Position numbers and translations under genes: made by a program. DNA of 64,000 nucleotides, from the NCBI GenBank assembly GCA_976551045.1, contig CDPCPM010000014.1, positions 24,304,001 through 24,368,000 of the forward strand, read 5' to 3'. Below, piece by piece: positions 27,927-41,463 of this stretch (within the stretch, counting starts at the first letter, position 1; each line of letters begins with the position of its first letter). This stretch comes from Glaucostegus cemiculus. Lineage: Eukaryota. The notes beneath the pieces were generated by a model. The model saw only the letters and a list, made by a program, of their open reading frames with translations. It was not told the origin of the DNA and did no database searches.

Positions 27927-28617
27927 GTCTATAGATCCCTCAAGGTTGCCATGCAGGTCGATAGGGTTGTTAAGAAGGCTTATGGAGTTTTGGCCTTCAT
28001 TAATCGGGGTATTGAGTTCAAGAGCCGCAAGGTGATGTTGCAGCTCTATAGAACTCTGGTCAGACCACACTTGGAGTATTGTGTTCAGTTCTGGTTGCCT
28101 CATTACAGAAAGGATGTGGAAGCTTTAGAGAGGGTGCAGAGGAGATTTACCAGGATGTTGCCTGGATTGGAGAACATGTATTATAAAGATAGGTTGAGCG
28201 AGCTAGGGCTTCTCTCTTTGAAGAGGAGGAGGATGAGAGGGGACTTGACAGAGGTGTACAAGATCATAAGAGGCATAGATCGAGTGGACAGTCAGATACT
28301 TTTTCCCAGGGCGACAGTGGCTAACACGAGGGGACATAATTTTAAGGTGATTGGAGGCAGGTATAAGGGGGATGTCAGAGGTAATTTTTTTTTACAGAGG
28401 GAGAGGTGGGTGTGTGGAATGCACTGCCAACAGAGGTTCTGGGGGCAGATACATTAGGGACATTTAAGAGACTCTTAGATGGACACATGAATGCTAGAAA
28501 AATGGGGAGCTATGTGGGAGGGAAGGGTTAGATAGATCTTAGAGCAGGATAAAATTTCAGCACAACATTGTGGGCCAAAGGGCCTGTACTGTGCTGTAGT
28601 GTTCTATGTTCTATGTA
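27927..28617 (+). mobile_element. CR1 3' fragment, right half of the outermost host element
   Basis: VYRSLKVAMQVDRVVKKAYG..YRTLVRPHLEYCVQFW; ends in (TTCTATG)n tail. Confidence 0.9.
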
Positions 28618-29864
28618 CTTCTTCCTTTTTTATAATCCATGGCAGGCTTTACAATTTTATTTACAACTTTGTGTTTTAAAGATTTGCCCATCTAAATCAC
28701 TGTTATTTGCTTATATCACTCATTCAGACTATTACTGTTAACTTTATGTCACTCTTGATGTAAATTAACTTTACATTGTTTCTCCAAAAATAGTCCCCTC
28801 TTTCAATATCTACCTGTTAAAACTATTAATCTGTCAGTATTGTCCTAAGGTCACATGCAGTTAATCACATACTTAAAGAAAGACTTGCATTTATATAGCA
28901 CTTTTCATCATACAAGGGCGCGGATATAAATGGACACATACATTGTACTCTTGTGGATTCTGGGTGAATACCACTCTTCATTACTGCTCTAGCCTGGAAA
29001 GCATTTGTGAATCATTAATACAGTTTTCTGACCTTTTGCTGACATCCTATCACTTTGGTTTAAATACTAGGAGCCTTACTTGTATCAACAAACTTCATGT
29101 GTGGAAATTCATCAAGCCTTTCAAAAATCCATAAACGCAACACACTCTGCATTGCCTTAATTAATATACTGTGTTTCCTCAAAGAGTTCAATTAAATTTG
29201 TCGGATGTAACTTGCCCTTTGCAAATCCATAATGATCGTCCTTAATTAACCAAACCTCTGACCAGGCAACTATTAATTTCACTTTTCAGATACAAAGACA
29301 ACATTGAATTGCTTCTTAAAAATTAGAGGTGGCTGTCCTTAATTAGAGCATGTCTTTCTAAATCTGCATTAATTTTATTCTCATCTTTTTAAACCTTGTT
29401 ATCTACAGATGTTGGAATAACTTACGTAGAATTATCCAATTTGAAGTTCAATAGGTGTGGCCTAACCAAGCTTTGTTATCCTCTGCCATTTTTGTCAGGG
29501 GTCCAGTTTAAACCGCTCTGCATTCCATGGCTCTTCTGACTTCTCGCTATTCATCATGATGGGATTTAACAGTCAGATCTATGATCATTATACAATCAAC
29601 TGTTTCACATCTTGGGCTGGGTTGTGCTTGATCTGCCCTGCACCTCACATTCACTCCCTGGTCAATTCCTGTAGCTGCTCTAACCTTTGGTTGTTGTGAG
29701 GGATGAATGAAGTTCTGAGCCTTGTTGCCATGGCTAACCTGTGAAGCGGAGTCATCCATGAGCAGTGATGAGGCCTCAGACTGCAAGTGCTGAAGCCTTG
29801 CCCCTGGACTGTCCTGATGGCTTTTTGGCATTTATTTGCTGTTGAAAAACAATATCTTTATTTA

Positions 29865-30020
29865 AAAGTATTGGTATTGGTTTATTATTGTCACTTGTAC
29901 CGAAGTACAGTGAAAAGCTTGTCTTGTATACCGAACGTACAGGTCAATTACATGCAAACACAGTGCAGTTACATTGAGTTAGTACAGAGTGCACTGAAAT
30001 TAGTACAGAGTGCATATAAC
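29865..30020 (-). mobile_element. Probable Rex/Babar-type LINE 3' end
   Basis: ggtattggtttattattgtcac tail (AATAAA on the - strand); internal direct repeat ttagtacagagtgca x2; a similar end lies at ~44490-44570. Confidence 0.45.
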
Positions 30021-30964
30021 TGATCAGAAAATAATTTAAAAGCATAAAGTAAATAAAGATCAGAACACTTATCTTTTCAATGCCGGTTGATGATGTCTGT
30101 CACAGTGCCCTGAGACGCAGTGCTGTGATCAGCGGCAGAGTGGAAAGTCAGATGCACCAGCCCACCAGCACTTACTACCACGATGCGACATTTTTAGATG
30201 GTGGTTCACACTGGTTCAGGCAGTTGCTGAAATTGGGAACTACCTGATTATTTATAAAACCTCTAATTTTTAACCAGATCACTTTATGCAAGTGTTGCAG
30301 TTCTTGGAATTTGGGTCAATGGGATACCAGAAATTTTACTCCATTGCACATTTGTTACCAGAGCACGCTTGCAGAAATTTCAGTCCTGCATATCCAACTT
30401 TTAGGAAAAGGTGCTGGCTTTACAAATGAGGAACAAGGGCTGCTGGGTTAGAAAGTACATCAGTGGGGATATGACAATGAGCCATTCAGATATAGGCAGT
30501 ACTCTTGCCATGTGGAAGAAGTGCTCATTATTAGCAGGGATTGTTCTTGTGCCTTTTGAAATGCATTTGTATATATTGCAAGGCTATGCTTTACTTGTAG
30601 AAGGAGCTTCACACACAAAACAACTTTTACAATATTTATTGCTTGATAATGAGGACAGTAAGAACTGCATTTGATGGTGGATCTTGCAATGGCAGCTCCA
30701 GAAAACAGTACTGTGATTATTTTACATCTGCAGTGGACATAGGCATTTGTCAGCCTCTTGCTGACCAAGAAAACCTGAAGGTTTCTGTTCTACAGGGCAC
30801 TAGTGGGTGTGACCTAACCTTAGCTTCCAGGATTCTTGCCTGCAGGTCTTTGGAGATAGTGATTACTGCAAAAAAATCCCTTTTCCTTATACTATTGAAA
30901 TGTAAAATGAAAATGAGAAGTAAAATGGTCATTAGAACAATCTGAAAGTGGTCTAGTAACTGCT

Positions 30965-31430
30965 TCCCTCTGTCCCCTTTCCCCCTTTTTTTCTTTTCTC
31001 CCTTTGATCCAACTGGCTCCCATCACCCTCTCTCTTTCCACTCTCCATCTGCCCATCACACACGCACTCCTCACACTGGTTCCCTCCCTTTATTCCATGC
31101 TCCATCACCCTCTCCTATCAGATTCCATCTTCTTCAGCCCTTTGTCACCTCCACCTATCACCTCCAAGCTTCTGACATCATTCCCACTCTGATCTACCTA
31201 TCACCCCCCTCACCTGGATCCACCTATCACCTGCCAGCTCTTGCTCCACCCCTTCCCTCCACCTTTTTATACTGACTATCTTCCTCCTTCTTTCCAGTCC
31301 AGATGAAGGGTCTCAACCCGAAAGGTTGACTGTCCATTTCCATCCATAGATGCTGTCTGAGCCACTGAGTTCCTCCAGCGCCTTTGTGGGTTGCTCCAGA
31401 TTTCCAGCATCTACAGTCTCTTGTGTCTCC
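30965..31430 (+). mobile_element. Penelope-like terminal repeat / non-autonomous derivative with degenerate hammerhead motif
   Basis: C/T-rich body, then cagtc-cagatga-agggtctcaaccc-gaaaggtt-gactg, then agatgctg..ctgagttcctccagc..ttccagcatct family signature. Confidence 0.7.
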
Positions 31431-32589
31431 TTGAAGTGTATTAATTAACATTACTGAAAAAACATCAGACTAAGTATATTCTTTGACTCCTTGTAACTAT
31501 CCCTGTGATTAAAATAGTTACCATTTCTTGGAATTTGCTTGGAATGTTCGTGCTACAAATGGTACATAAATATTTACAAGTATGCATTTCAAAGAACATT
31601 ATAATTGTAATGTGTAGCGACAGTAATTTCCCAAATCAGAAACCTAACAGGTGTTTGTGAAGGGATGCTGTCAGCCGTTCTCTGAAGTAAACCCAACAGC
31701 TGATATTTTCCCAGGCTGCTCCAGTAGACCCATATGTGTAAAATAGCAATCATAATGATGTTATTGCCCAGGGAGATGGTAGTAAGGTTCTGTAAGCATT
31801 ATTAAGATAGTAAATGACATCATGGAAACCCAGACAGATGGCTTCTTGTCTTGTACAACCTGAATTTAAATAGGCATGCATCAATTTTGAAGTAAATTTT
31901 AGAAATACAACCGTTTTTTTCTGCCTGCTCAATTAAGGGACACGAACAAGAGAGTCATAGCAACAAGTGTATAATTCAGTTGCCTTACTGTGAGAATCTA
32001 TCCACTGGTATCACATTTATAACACTCACTGGTTATTTATAGTGAGTTACAAGGCTGCATAGTCTTTAGCAGAGAAGCAAGCTATTCATCTAACTTGTCT
32101 ATGCTGCTAGTTTCATGCAAACGTTTTACTCTCCTTCTTCATGTAACTACACAAACATATGCTTTCTTCTTTATTTTCATATCTAGTATTTCATTAAATG
32201 CATAATGCAGTTAGCCTAAATTATCATTTATGGCAGCTTCTTCCATGTTTTCACTATTCTTTGGATAAATAATTTTCGCTACTAACAAAAATGAATTTAT
32301 TAAAGACTAGTCTTTATTTATGACATATAGTTCTTAATGCCATTATTAGCGGAGATATTTTCTGGACATCTACCCGTTCATCCTAATTATTTTAGAGACC
32401 TCTTTCAAGTTTTCCCTAGTGTTTTGTTTACCAGAAAAAAAGTCCAGCCTATTCACCTTTTCCTGAAAAGCATATTCTCTCTGTTCTGGTGTCATCCAGT
32501 GTCTCTGGCACCTTCTTTGTATAATTATGTCTAGACATCTAATAGGTGTGTGTTAAAAGGATGATGCACAGCAGATTTCCTGCTGTAAA

Positions 32590-34100
32590 GTTAAGCAGTG
32601 TATGAACCTAAGGTTCTGATTAAGCTTTCCCATAAAGTCCTCAAAGGAGACCTTGGAGAATGTGCCAGATGCATAGAGAGCTGGTTGCAACCCACCAAGA
32701 AGTGAAATAGTTGACTGTTACCAGTTCTTTCCACATAAGCAGGAGCAGAATGAATCCTTTTAACATTCCTAATGGAGGCAAAACTATGAGCAGATAATTG
32801 GTTCTGCAGATATGAAAGACTTATTGATCAGTGATTTGATTATTTATGAAATCCAGGATTCCACCTTGAGGGAACAGTTATTATGTACAATAGAATTAAC
32901 TCCAGTGAAGTATATAAAAAAAAAAATTGCAAAGCTGCAGAGCCACCCAAAGCCTGGATAGAAATGTTGGATGGCCAACAGCAAGAAGTACATAGAGGGA
33001 AGGAAAAATGGCAGAAGAAGGAAAATGCTCTCTAGGTGCCATGGTTGTGGGTAACAACATGAGTGACTGAAAATGAAATGCCCTGTATATTGGAAAATGT
33101 GTGTGGCATGTGGATTGGAAAATCATATAAAGTGCCCAATTAAGAGGACATCAAAAGTTTATAGAAATGATAAGGTGTAGGGAGAGAAACAAGGTCAGAT
33201 TCAACACACCAGTTGAAAACGAGGTACATTTTGTAAAAGAAATGTACATGAGATGCACATAAGCCAAGGCTGCTCTTAAGTCAAGACAGTGCTGTTTTGA
33301 TTTTGGAGCAACATTTAATGTGCTCCGGAAACACGTCATCTATCTTGAGACAGATATTGGCACATCATGACAGGATTGTGAAGATTATTACATTTCACTG
33401 ATGAACATGCAGATGTTTTTCATGGAACAGGGAAACAAGAAATGCAAATAAATGTAGAATGATAACTGGAAACAGCAAAAAGTAGGTGGGTACACTAATA
33501 AAGACCTGCCACAGTTAAGAGTTGGAGATGCAGTTAGAATAAAACCACATCAGATTGACACCAGATGTGGCAGGTGGCAGTGGTGAGTCAACAAACTGTA
33601 GACCCCAGATCATAGAAGCTTGTGATGGAGGAGAATGTCCCAAATCAGAGGAACTGATGTCACCTCAGGAAGGCCACTAAAGAAGATTGTTTGATGGAAG
33701 CAGATATAGCTATACCAGGGGAAGCACCACTAAAACTGCAGAACAAAAACACGACAGCCCCACAGCAGCTGCTTGTGTAATGTAACTGGTTAGGAGCAGA
33801 TCTGGAAGAAGAGTGCATTGACCCAAGTAACTGGGAGACTTTGTGTTAAACTAAAGCACACAGAGTCTAGTTTGTTTCTTTTCCCATTTGTTTTTCATTA
33901 TTATCACAACTTATGGGGAGAAGTAACATGTCATATGTAATGATGGTTGTGAATAATCATAGCTGCTTTAAGGCTGTGCTGCCTTAAGACTTATCATGTG
34001 ATCAAATACTCCGTTGTTGCAGCAATGGTTTAATGTGGAAAGTGTCAAATCTGTCTGTCTCTGTGGAAGAAAGCCACAGTAAGATGTGCTGCCTGACAAT
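32590..34100 (+). mobile_element. Decayed, internally deleted Gypsy-like LTR retrotransposon
   Basis: Gag knuckles CHGCG*QH (33037) and CPVYWKMCVACGLENH (33079), protease-like FDFGATFNVL (33296), integrase C-terminus KDLPQLRVGDAVRIKP (33500) and RSRSGRRV..PK.LGDFV* (to 33850); purine tract ggggagaag ~33914. Confidence 0.7.
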
Positions 34101-34440
34101 GTGACTTATTTTGTAAAATACCCTTGTTGCTGATTTGAATTACTGATTGTTTTTTGGTATCCCAAGAGAGAGATAGAAAGAATCCTGCCACATCTTAGGA
34201 GGTGAAGTGGGGAAGGGTAGAGTGAATTGATTTAAGGAAGGATGGTTATGTCAGCCGTGTGTTCAAAATGCACAAGTTCTATCCTCTTGGACTTAGATAT
34301 ACTTATATTAATGGAGCATCTAAAAACCTCTAGTAATAAATTTAAAATCTTATTTTCTTATATGGATAAAATATATATTTTACATTACTCTACTACTCTA
34401 CTATGTAAATTTTCAGCTACTGGTACTGGAATTCTCAAGG

Positions 34441-34772
34441 TCATATAGTCATTCAGCAGGGAAACAGGCCCTTCAGCCCATCAAGTCAGTGTCAACCATC
34501 AAACTACCCACTAATCTTACATGAATCCCATTTTATTCATCTCAACCTCCCCCCAGATTTTACTAGCACTTACTCATTAGGGTCAATTAACAGTGGCCAA
34601 TTAACCTATTAACACACATGTCTTTTGGATGTGGGTGGAAATTGGAACACCAGGGAGAAACCCATACGGTCATGGGAAGAAAGTGCGCAGACAGTAGCTG
34701 TGGTCAGGATTGAATCCAGCTGGCTGGAGCTGTGAGGTAGCAGCTCTACTAGCTGCTCCACTGTGCCACCCC
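34441..34772 (-). mobile_element. HE1/V-SINE-like tRNA-derived SINE with CR1-type 3' end
   Basis: Reverse strand ggtggcacagtgg..ggattcaatcc (A/B boxes), V-domain-like gggtttctccctggtgttccaatttccacccacatccaaaagac, CR1 hairpin gggctgaagggcctgtt. Confidence 0.8.
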
Positions 34773-35719
34773 TTGTTCTGTACATATGTACATGCAGAGC
34801 CTTATTCTTAGGAGAAGAACTACAGGTCAGCAGCATGCTTGTAGTTGCTGCAAAATGCTTTAGTTGTCAACTGATGAGAATTTCTGTAATAAGTTCTGTA
34901 ATTACAACATCTAAAATGATATATAGTCCCCAAGTATTTTTCTGTTGTATGCTTTGACTTGCAAAGCTTTTGTGAATACATTTCCAATTTCAGCGACTGG
35001 AAAGAATTTTAACCAGCTGGAACATATGGGTTAGATGCTGTTGGAGGGTTAAACAGGCAAAAGGCAAGTGTATTGGGAAGTTGGGTCCAATTTAGCAATT
35101 TCCTGTTTAACTGGACAGTGTTAGGTTGAGGGGAAATAGATTGCCTGTTAGTATTACTCATTTGCAATTATAATTCCGTTGGAATATTCACAGATCTTCT
35201 GGACTTCTCAAAACGTGGCTTTCAAACTCAAGTATAAAAATTATGGCAGTTAAAGAAACTATACACAAGGAATAAACATGTAGTATTCACAACTGTTTTC
35301 TCACCTGCTAGTGGGAAATGGTTTATTCACAATACTTTAGCTGAAAGAAGAAGGAACAGAACCATGAGGGACTGTGGCAACATGGATGGATGCATTTAAT
35401 AAAGATGACTGAAAGATGCACACAATGCAAGGACTGCAGTAAGTAAAAATTGGATAGTTTGGGATGTAAGGAAATACATAAAAAGGCAAAGGTAAGTAGA
35501 TGTAAGAGGTGATATGATGCAGTTGGCTGTACAAGGCAGGAAGGTGGGTAGCATGAATTGCATGATAGAAACATACATGGTGTACTCACCACTCCAGATA
35601 GGTAGGGCCATGGAAGCACTTCCAGCAGTGAATTGAAGAGCGCGTGTAATTCATCTTCTGTTGACTTCCTTGGGCACAGATAGAAACATGTGGAGAAGCT
35701 TGAGAGGGGGTGGGGGGTG

Positions 35720-38090
35720 GGACTAGTAGGCTTAGCTACATTTACTTTAATGCAAGGAGCCCTACAGAAAAGACAGATGAAATGAGAGTGTGGATAAGCC
35801 AGGGGATCACAAATTTGTTGCAATCACGGAAATGTGGTTGAGGGAAGGGCAGAACTGGCAACTAAATGTTCTGGGGTACAGAAGATTCAGGCATAATGGG
35901 AAGTTCTAAAAGGGGAGGAAATTACAGCAGTACACAGAGAGGATATTCTGGAGGGAATGGACAATGAAGCTATGTGGATAGAACTTAGAAATAAGAAAGG
36001 GGCAATCACTTTGACCAGGTTATACTCTAGGCCTTCCAATAGTCAACAGGAAATGGAAGAATAGTCATGTAGGCACATCGCGGTAGGGTGTTAAAATAAA
36101 AGGTTTCTACTAGTGAGGGGTTTTAACTTTCCCAGTATTGACTGGGATTGCCTTAGGTTGGGGCTTAGATGGTGTGGAATTCAAGAGGGGTTTATGAAAC
36201 AGTATGTAGAGAGTCCTATTGGAGCAGGGGCTGTACGCGATCTTAGGGGATGAGGATGGGCAAATGGTGGAAGTGTCTGCTGAGGAAACCTTTGGAAACA
36301 GTGATCGTAGTTCAGTTTGTTGCAACATAGTCATGGAAGAAGCTAGGGTTGGTCCTGGAGATACGGACCTAAATTGGGGGGTGGGGGGGCGGGGCAGGAT
36401 TGCAATAGTATAAAGCAAGATCCGGTGAAAGTAGATTTGGAGCAGCTGCTAGAGGGAAAAACAACATCCAATGCAGGAAGCATTTAAAAGCGAGATAGAG
36501 GTTAGAGGCAGTGTGACCCTGTCAGGATAAGAAGCGAAGTTGGTAAGGTTAGGAAACAAAGGAAATTGAACGTTTGATCAAAAATAAGGAAGCATATGTC
36601 AGTTATAAGCATTTGGTATTAAGTGAGTCTTTGAGGTTATAGAGGATGCAAAAGAGAAGAGAGAGGACATGAAATGGCCTAGACAGTCAGGATTAAGGAG
36701 AATCCTAAAACCTATTACATGCAAGAGCATAGCTGCAGAAAGAGTAGCTGCCTTCATGGACCAAATTGGTAATCGATTTGTGGAGCCAGGGAATATGAGA
36801 AGGATCCTAAATGAATACCTCATTAGTTTTCACCAGAGAGAAGGGTGTGGAGGATGGAGAGGTAGGGGAGAGGTACACTGATATTCTGAGAATGTCTGTG
36901 CTAAGAAGGAGGAAGTGTTAGAGATTTCAGCACACACTAAAATGGAGAGATCATCAGGGCCTGAGGAGATCTATCCCAGGATGCTATGGGAGGCAAGGGA
37001 AGAGATTGCTGGGGCTGTAGTGGAGATTCTTGCATTTTTGTTACCCACAGGTGAGGTGCAAGAAGACTGAAGGGTAGCTAATATTGTTCCCTTATTTTAA
37101 AAAAAAGGGCTGTAGGAAACTACAGGCTGCTGAGCCTTACATCAATAGTATGGAAATTATTGAAAAAAAATTCTAAGGGACTGGATTTATATTCACTTGG
37201 AAAGGCAGGGACTGATTAGGACTCACTGCTTCGTGCATGGGAAATCCTGTCTCACAAATCTGATTGACTTTTTGAGGAGGTAACGGAACAAAATTGATGA
37301 AAGCAGAGCACTAGACATGGTTCATATGTACTTCAGCAAGGCTTTTGACAAAGTCCAACATGGTAGGCTGGTGCAGAAGGTAGGGGCACATGGGATCCAA
37401 GGTGTGTTGGCAAACTGAATCCAAGATTGGCTTGGTGATAGGAGGCAGAAGTTGAGGGGTATTTTACTGACTGGAAATCTGTAATCAGTGGTGTACTGCA
37501 GGGATTGGTGCAGGGACCATTGTTGTTTGTCATATACATAAATGACTTGGATGAGAATGTAGGTGGACTGATGTGTAAGTTTGTTGATGACAAAAAATTG
37601 CTGGAGTTATAGACAGTGAAGAAGGTTGTGAAAGGATACAGAGGGATGTAAATCAGTTGGAAAGTTGGACAGAGTGGTGGCAGATGGAATTTAATCCAGA
37701 CAAGTGTGAGGTAATGCATTTTGGGACATCAAATACTAACCGGACATATACAGTAAATGGCAGGGACCTCAGTTGATGTACAGGGGGAGCTTGGGGTGCA
37801 AGTTCATAGCTCCCTAATAATGGCAACACAAGTAGCTGGAGTAGTAAAGAAGGTATTCAGCATTGTTCTCTCCATAGGCATTGAGAATAAGAGTTGGGGT
37901 ATCATGTTGCAGCTGTACAAAGCGTTGCTCAGGCTGCACTTGGAGTATTGTGTACAGTTTTGGTCACCACACTATAGGAAGAATGTGGTCATATTAGAAA
38001 GAGTGTGGAAGAGATTCACTAGGATGTTGCATGGAAAGGTTAGATCGATGCTCACTGGAATATAGGGGTGCTGTACAATTCCATGACTCC
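35720..38090 (+). mobile_element. Degraded long CR1 ORF2 (EN through RT C-terminus)
   Basis: ITEMW, GFNFP, FSKAFDKVQH, INDLDE..FVDD, LRLHLEYCVQFWSPHY in broken frames. Confidence 0.88.
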
Positions 38091-39049
38091 ATAATATTCA
38101 GTTTACGTAAAAAATAACAGTATTTCTAGCCCATAAATTTCTTTGGCGCAGTGTTATAGCAGGTTCTGGCAAGTGATATAAATAACTGTAATTTTAGCCA
38201 TAATTTCCCTTGTGGCTGTATTCCTAAACCCTTTCATACAGACGATATTTAGTCTGTGTCCTAGAGTCTTATGTATCCTACTGTTGGGAGTTCACTGTTA
38301 CAACCAAAAAAGTACAACCAAAGTAAATGACTATTTTAATGGATTTTAGCCTGATACAAAACAAGTAATCATGGTGAAAGGCTTGCTAAAGATCCAGACA
38401 AGAAGAACCATTCACCTTAGGATGGTGAACCACTGTTCTAGGAATGTATGTATTCGATTATTGAAACAGGGGCCCAAGGTTATAGCCAGAGGAATTGGTA
38501 ATATCCTTCTCTTGTTATATACGTCTTACTGCATGAATAATCTTTTGGTTAAGTGGTGGAAAAAATATAAGTTAACTTGCTGATTTATATTTTAATTTGT
38601 TGATTCCTATTTGCAACTTCTGTATTTGAATTAAAATTGTGCTTGGATCAGAAGTAAAATTGTGTAATTTGCATCTCAGTTTATCTAATTTTAGGTGTCA
38701 GAGGTAGACCTTTCTTTGAAACCTTTAAGATTACAATGAATACACAATCAGCATGAATATGAAAGGCACGGACAATAGCACTAGGTGCTGTTGTGCAAGA
38801 AAAGACTTGTAGAAACATAGATGAATTTTGGTCACCAATTTGTAATGCCCATAAACTTAGATTTTCACTAACAAAAATGAATGAATAGATAAATTTTCTC
38901 AAAGTGGCATTGTGGAATTCCCTTCTATTATACAATAATCTTACAATTATAGCTGCTTTTAACTGTTTTTTTTTACAGTTGTAGACACTGACATATGTAG
39001 GGCAATGTACCATAGAATGCTGTGAAATCATTTGAAACCAGTAAAATAT

Positions 39050-39820
39050 CATTGAATGATACAGCATCAAGAAAGGCATTGTGCCTATTGTCAGCTCTTT
39101 GGCAGAATTTTCCAGTTAATCCTACTTCCTTACTATTCCCCAGTTTTTAAATTAAATTTAAATTTATTTACAGCATGGTAACAGGCTCTTTCCGCCCTCC
39201 GAGTCCACGCCGCCCATTTTAAACCCCCACATTAACCTACCCGTACGTCTTTGAGAATGTGGGAGGAAGCCGGAGCACCCGGAGGAAACCCACGCAGACA
39301 CGGGACAACGTACAAACTCCTTACAGACAGCGACGGGAATCGAACTCCGATCGCTGGCGATGTAACAGCGTCGTGCTAACCGCTAAGCTATTGTGCCGCC
39401 TTAAAGCTATCGTGCCGTTTTTCTAATGTTTTTCTCTTCATGTTTTTATCCTAAACTCTTTTGAATAAAAATGCATTCTAAATCACAACAACTTGCTATG
39501 TAAAAGAGGTTTCCTCATATTCTGTTGTGATTTTTTCCCAATTACCTAAAATCTGTGGCCTCTGGTTACTGAGTCTTATGCCACTCGAAGCATTTTCCTC
39601 CTTATTTACTTTATCAAATACATTCATGGATTTGAATAGCTCATGAAATCTTTTGACCTTCTCTGCTCTAAGTAGAGTCTTCAGTCTCGGTGCACAAGTG
39701 AAGACCCACATTCATGTGATAACTATTAGTAAATCTCTTCTGTATCTGCTCCTAGGCCTCATCATCCTCCCTAAAATGTGATGCCCAGAATTGAACACAA
39801 TTCCCCCAATTGATTCCTTT
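39050..39820 (-). mobile_element. Degraded CR1 3' fragment hosting a young SINE
   Basis: cccagaattgaacacaattc (QFWA-type motif on the - strand); interrupted at ~39147-39417. Confidence 0.6.
39147..39417 (-). mobile_element. Young HE1/V-SINE-like SINE
   Basis: CpG-rich; A box tagcttagcgg, B box gagttcgattcc, V-domain tgggtttcctccgggtgctccggcttcctcccaca; (aattta)n tail. Confidence 0.88.
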
Positions 39821-41463
39821 TTTAATATTGTTCATTGAAAGCTTACAGAAAATTATTGATTCAAGATTATTTATGTGTGGGCAAAAAAGTCTTCATTTTG
39901 TAGGTTGGCAGGGACATAATGTTTATAGGAATAATGATAGGTTAGTATCTTAAAATTAACTGATTTAGCAAAATTTTATTTTGCCTTAAGACTTTATTCA
40001 TCACTAAGATTGAGACTTCCTTAACAACTGTCTTGCTCCATTACCTTCACTGCACTGTATATCTCCCATTTACATTGGCTCTCTCCGATCTTAAAATTTT
40101 CCATGGAGCTTATCTCCTACATACTTCATCCCTGCCTCATGCAACACTTTTGTCCACTCAATTGCTTTTCCTTGTCTATTTGTTAGGTCCCCCTTTTGCG
40201 AGCAGATTCCTCAAACTTTCAAATTCATCATCAATATCCCTTCCTTAGAAAGACTCATTCATTCTCTGTAATTAACCCAATTGCACAGCTCATGATCTTC
40301 ACCTGATCTCACCTCAGTAATCTACTGCATAGCCATCCCACCAGTTGTTGAAATACTGCTCCTCCTTACCCCCTAAAATACTGACCACCAAAGTAGTGTT
40401 CAAACCATCATTCCCTTTCAATGGATCTGAAACTCTTGACCAATCCCCAGCAGTTGAACATGACAGCCTCAGTAATGATGTTACCTGACACTAATGGACA
40501 CAATTTTTAAATCCCAACAGATGCCCAAACCCCACCCCTGCCCCATCCCCACCAGCAGAGCTAAATCCAGCCTGGTCCTGACCTCAGCTGATTTCCTTTT
40601 GCAAGCTTTGAAGTGGATGAAAGATAGCTGTTGGCTTGACAAGCACTGACCCATTGATGTGACCTTACTGGTACTATTCAATTTGTCAGCAGTAAGATGA
40701 TCTAAATTTTTCCTCATGAAGTAGTAGTTGTATAAATATTTTGTCTTGAATTTTGATGCTTTTTCTCCAATTCATTTGCTTTAACTTTGGCAGAATGCCT
40801 CAGAGATTTTGAAACAGTGGTGTAGACATTGAGAATTCCCATGGAAATTTCAAATGCTTAAAGTGTGAGAATTAGCTCAAATCTGTACAAATATAATGGT
40901 TAGGATCATTTACTAGAGCTTTAACTGACTGATGTCTGCAATTTTTGCTGACATTAAAGAACAAAAAAAAAGACAGTTGTACAGCTACTGCCATATTTCT
41001 GAAGCAAGAAATTATTTTAGTCACAAATGGTGAATAGTAATAATTCCAGATCTGGTTTGTCACATTGCTGTTTAGGTGCCGCAATGAGTAGAAGGTAAAT
41101 GCAAATCCGGTATAGTAGTTAGAAACACTTTTGCAACTGTGGTCCATCTACTTTTTTTCACAGTAAGGGAAAAATTTAAACCAATATGCAGCCTTTAAGC
41201 AGATGGATTACATGCTTTCAAAGAAAATGTCAAATGCTTAGTGGGCTGTGAGTGTATTTTGTATCTTCCAATTGAATAATTTGATCAGTGATGACTCTTG
41301 GAGTTGCTTACTATTTATAAGTGTTATTTAAAAAAAACCAGATCATTCATTTAAGAATATAAGAGGCAACTGTACACTGTGGCCTCTCACTCAATGATTT
41401 ACATTTATCAGGGAAAAGAATATGAAGTGATCGATATCTTTGAATTTTCTGGTCTCTTTTCAG

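Noticed and set aside
39300-39417. tRNA gene
   Set aside because: A/B boxes are present but run into a V-domain and LINE-type tail, so this is a SINE head
41379-41463. 5' part of ORF 41379-42065 as coding
   Set aside because: The cag at 41411 is phase 0 and incompatible with the upstream phase-1 donor; the real acceptor is at 41463
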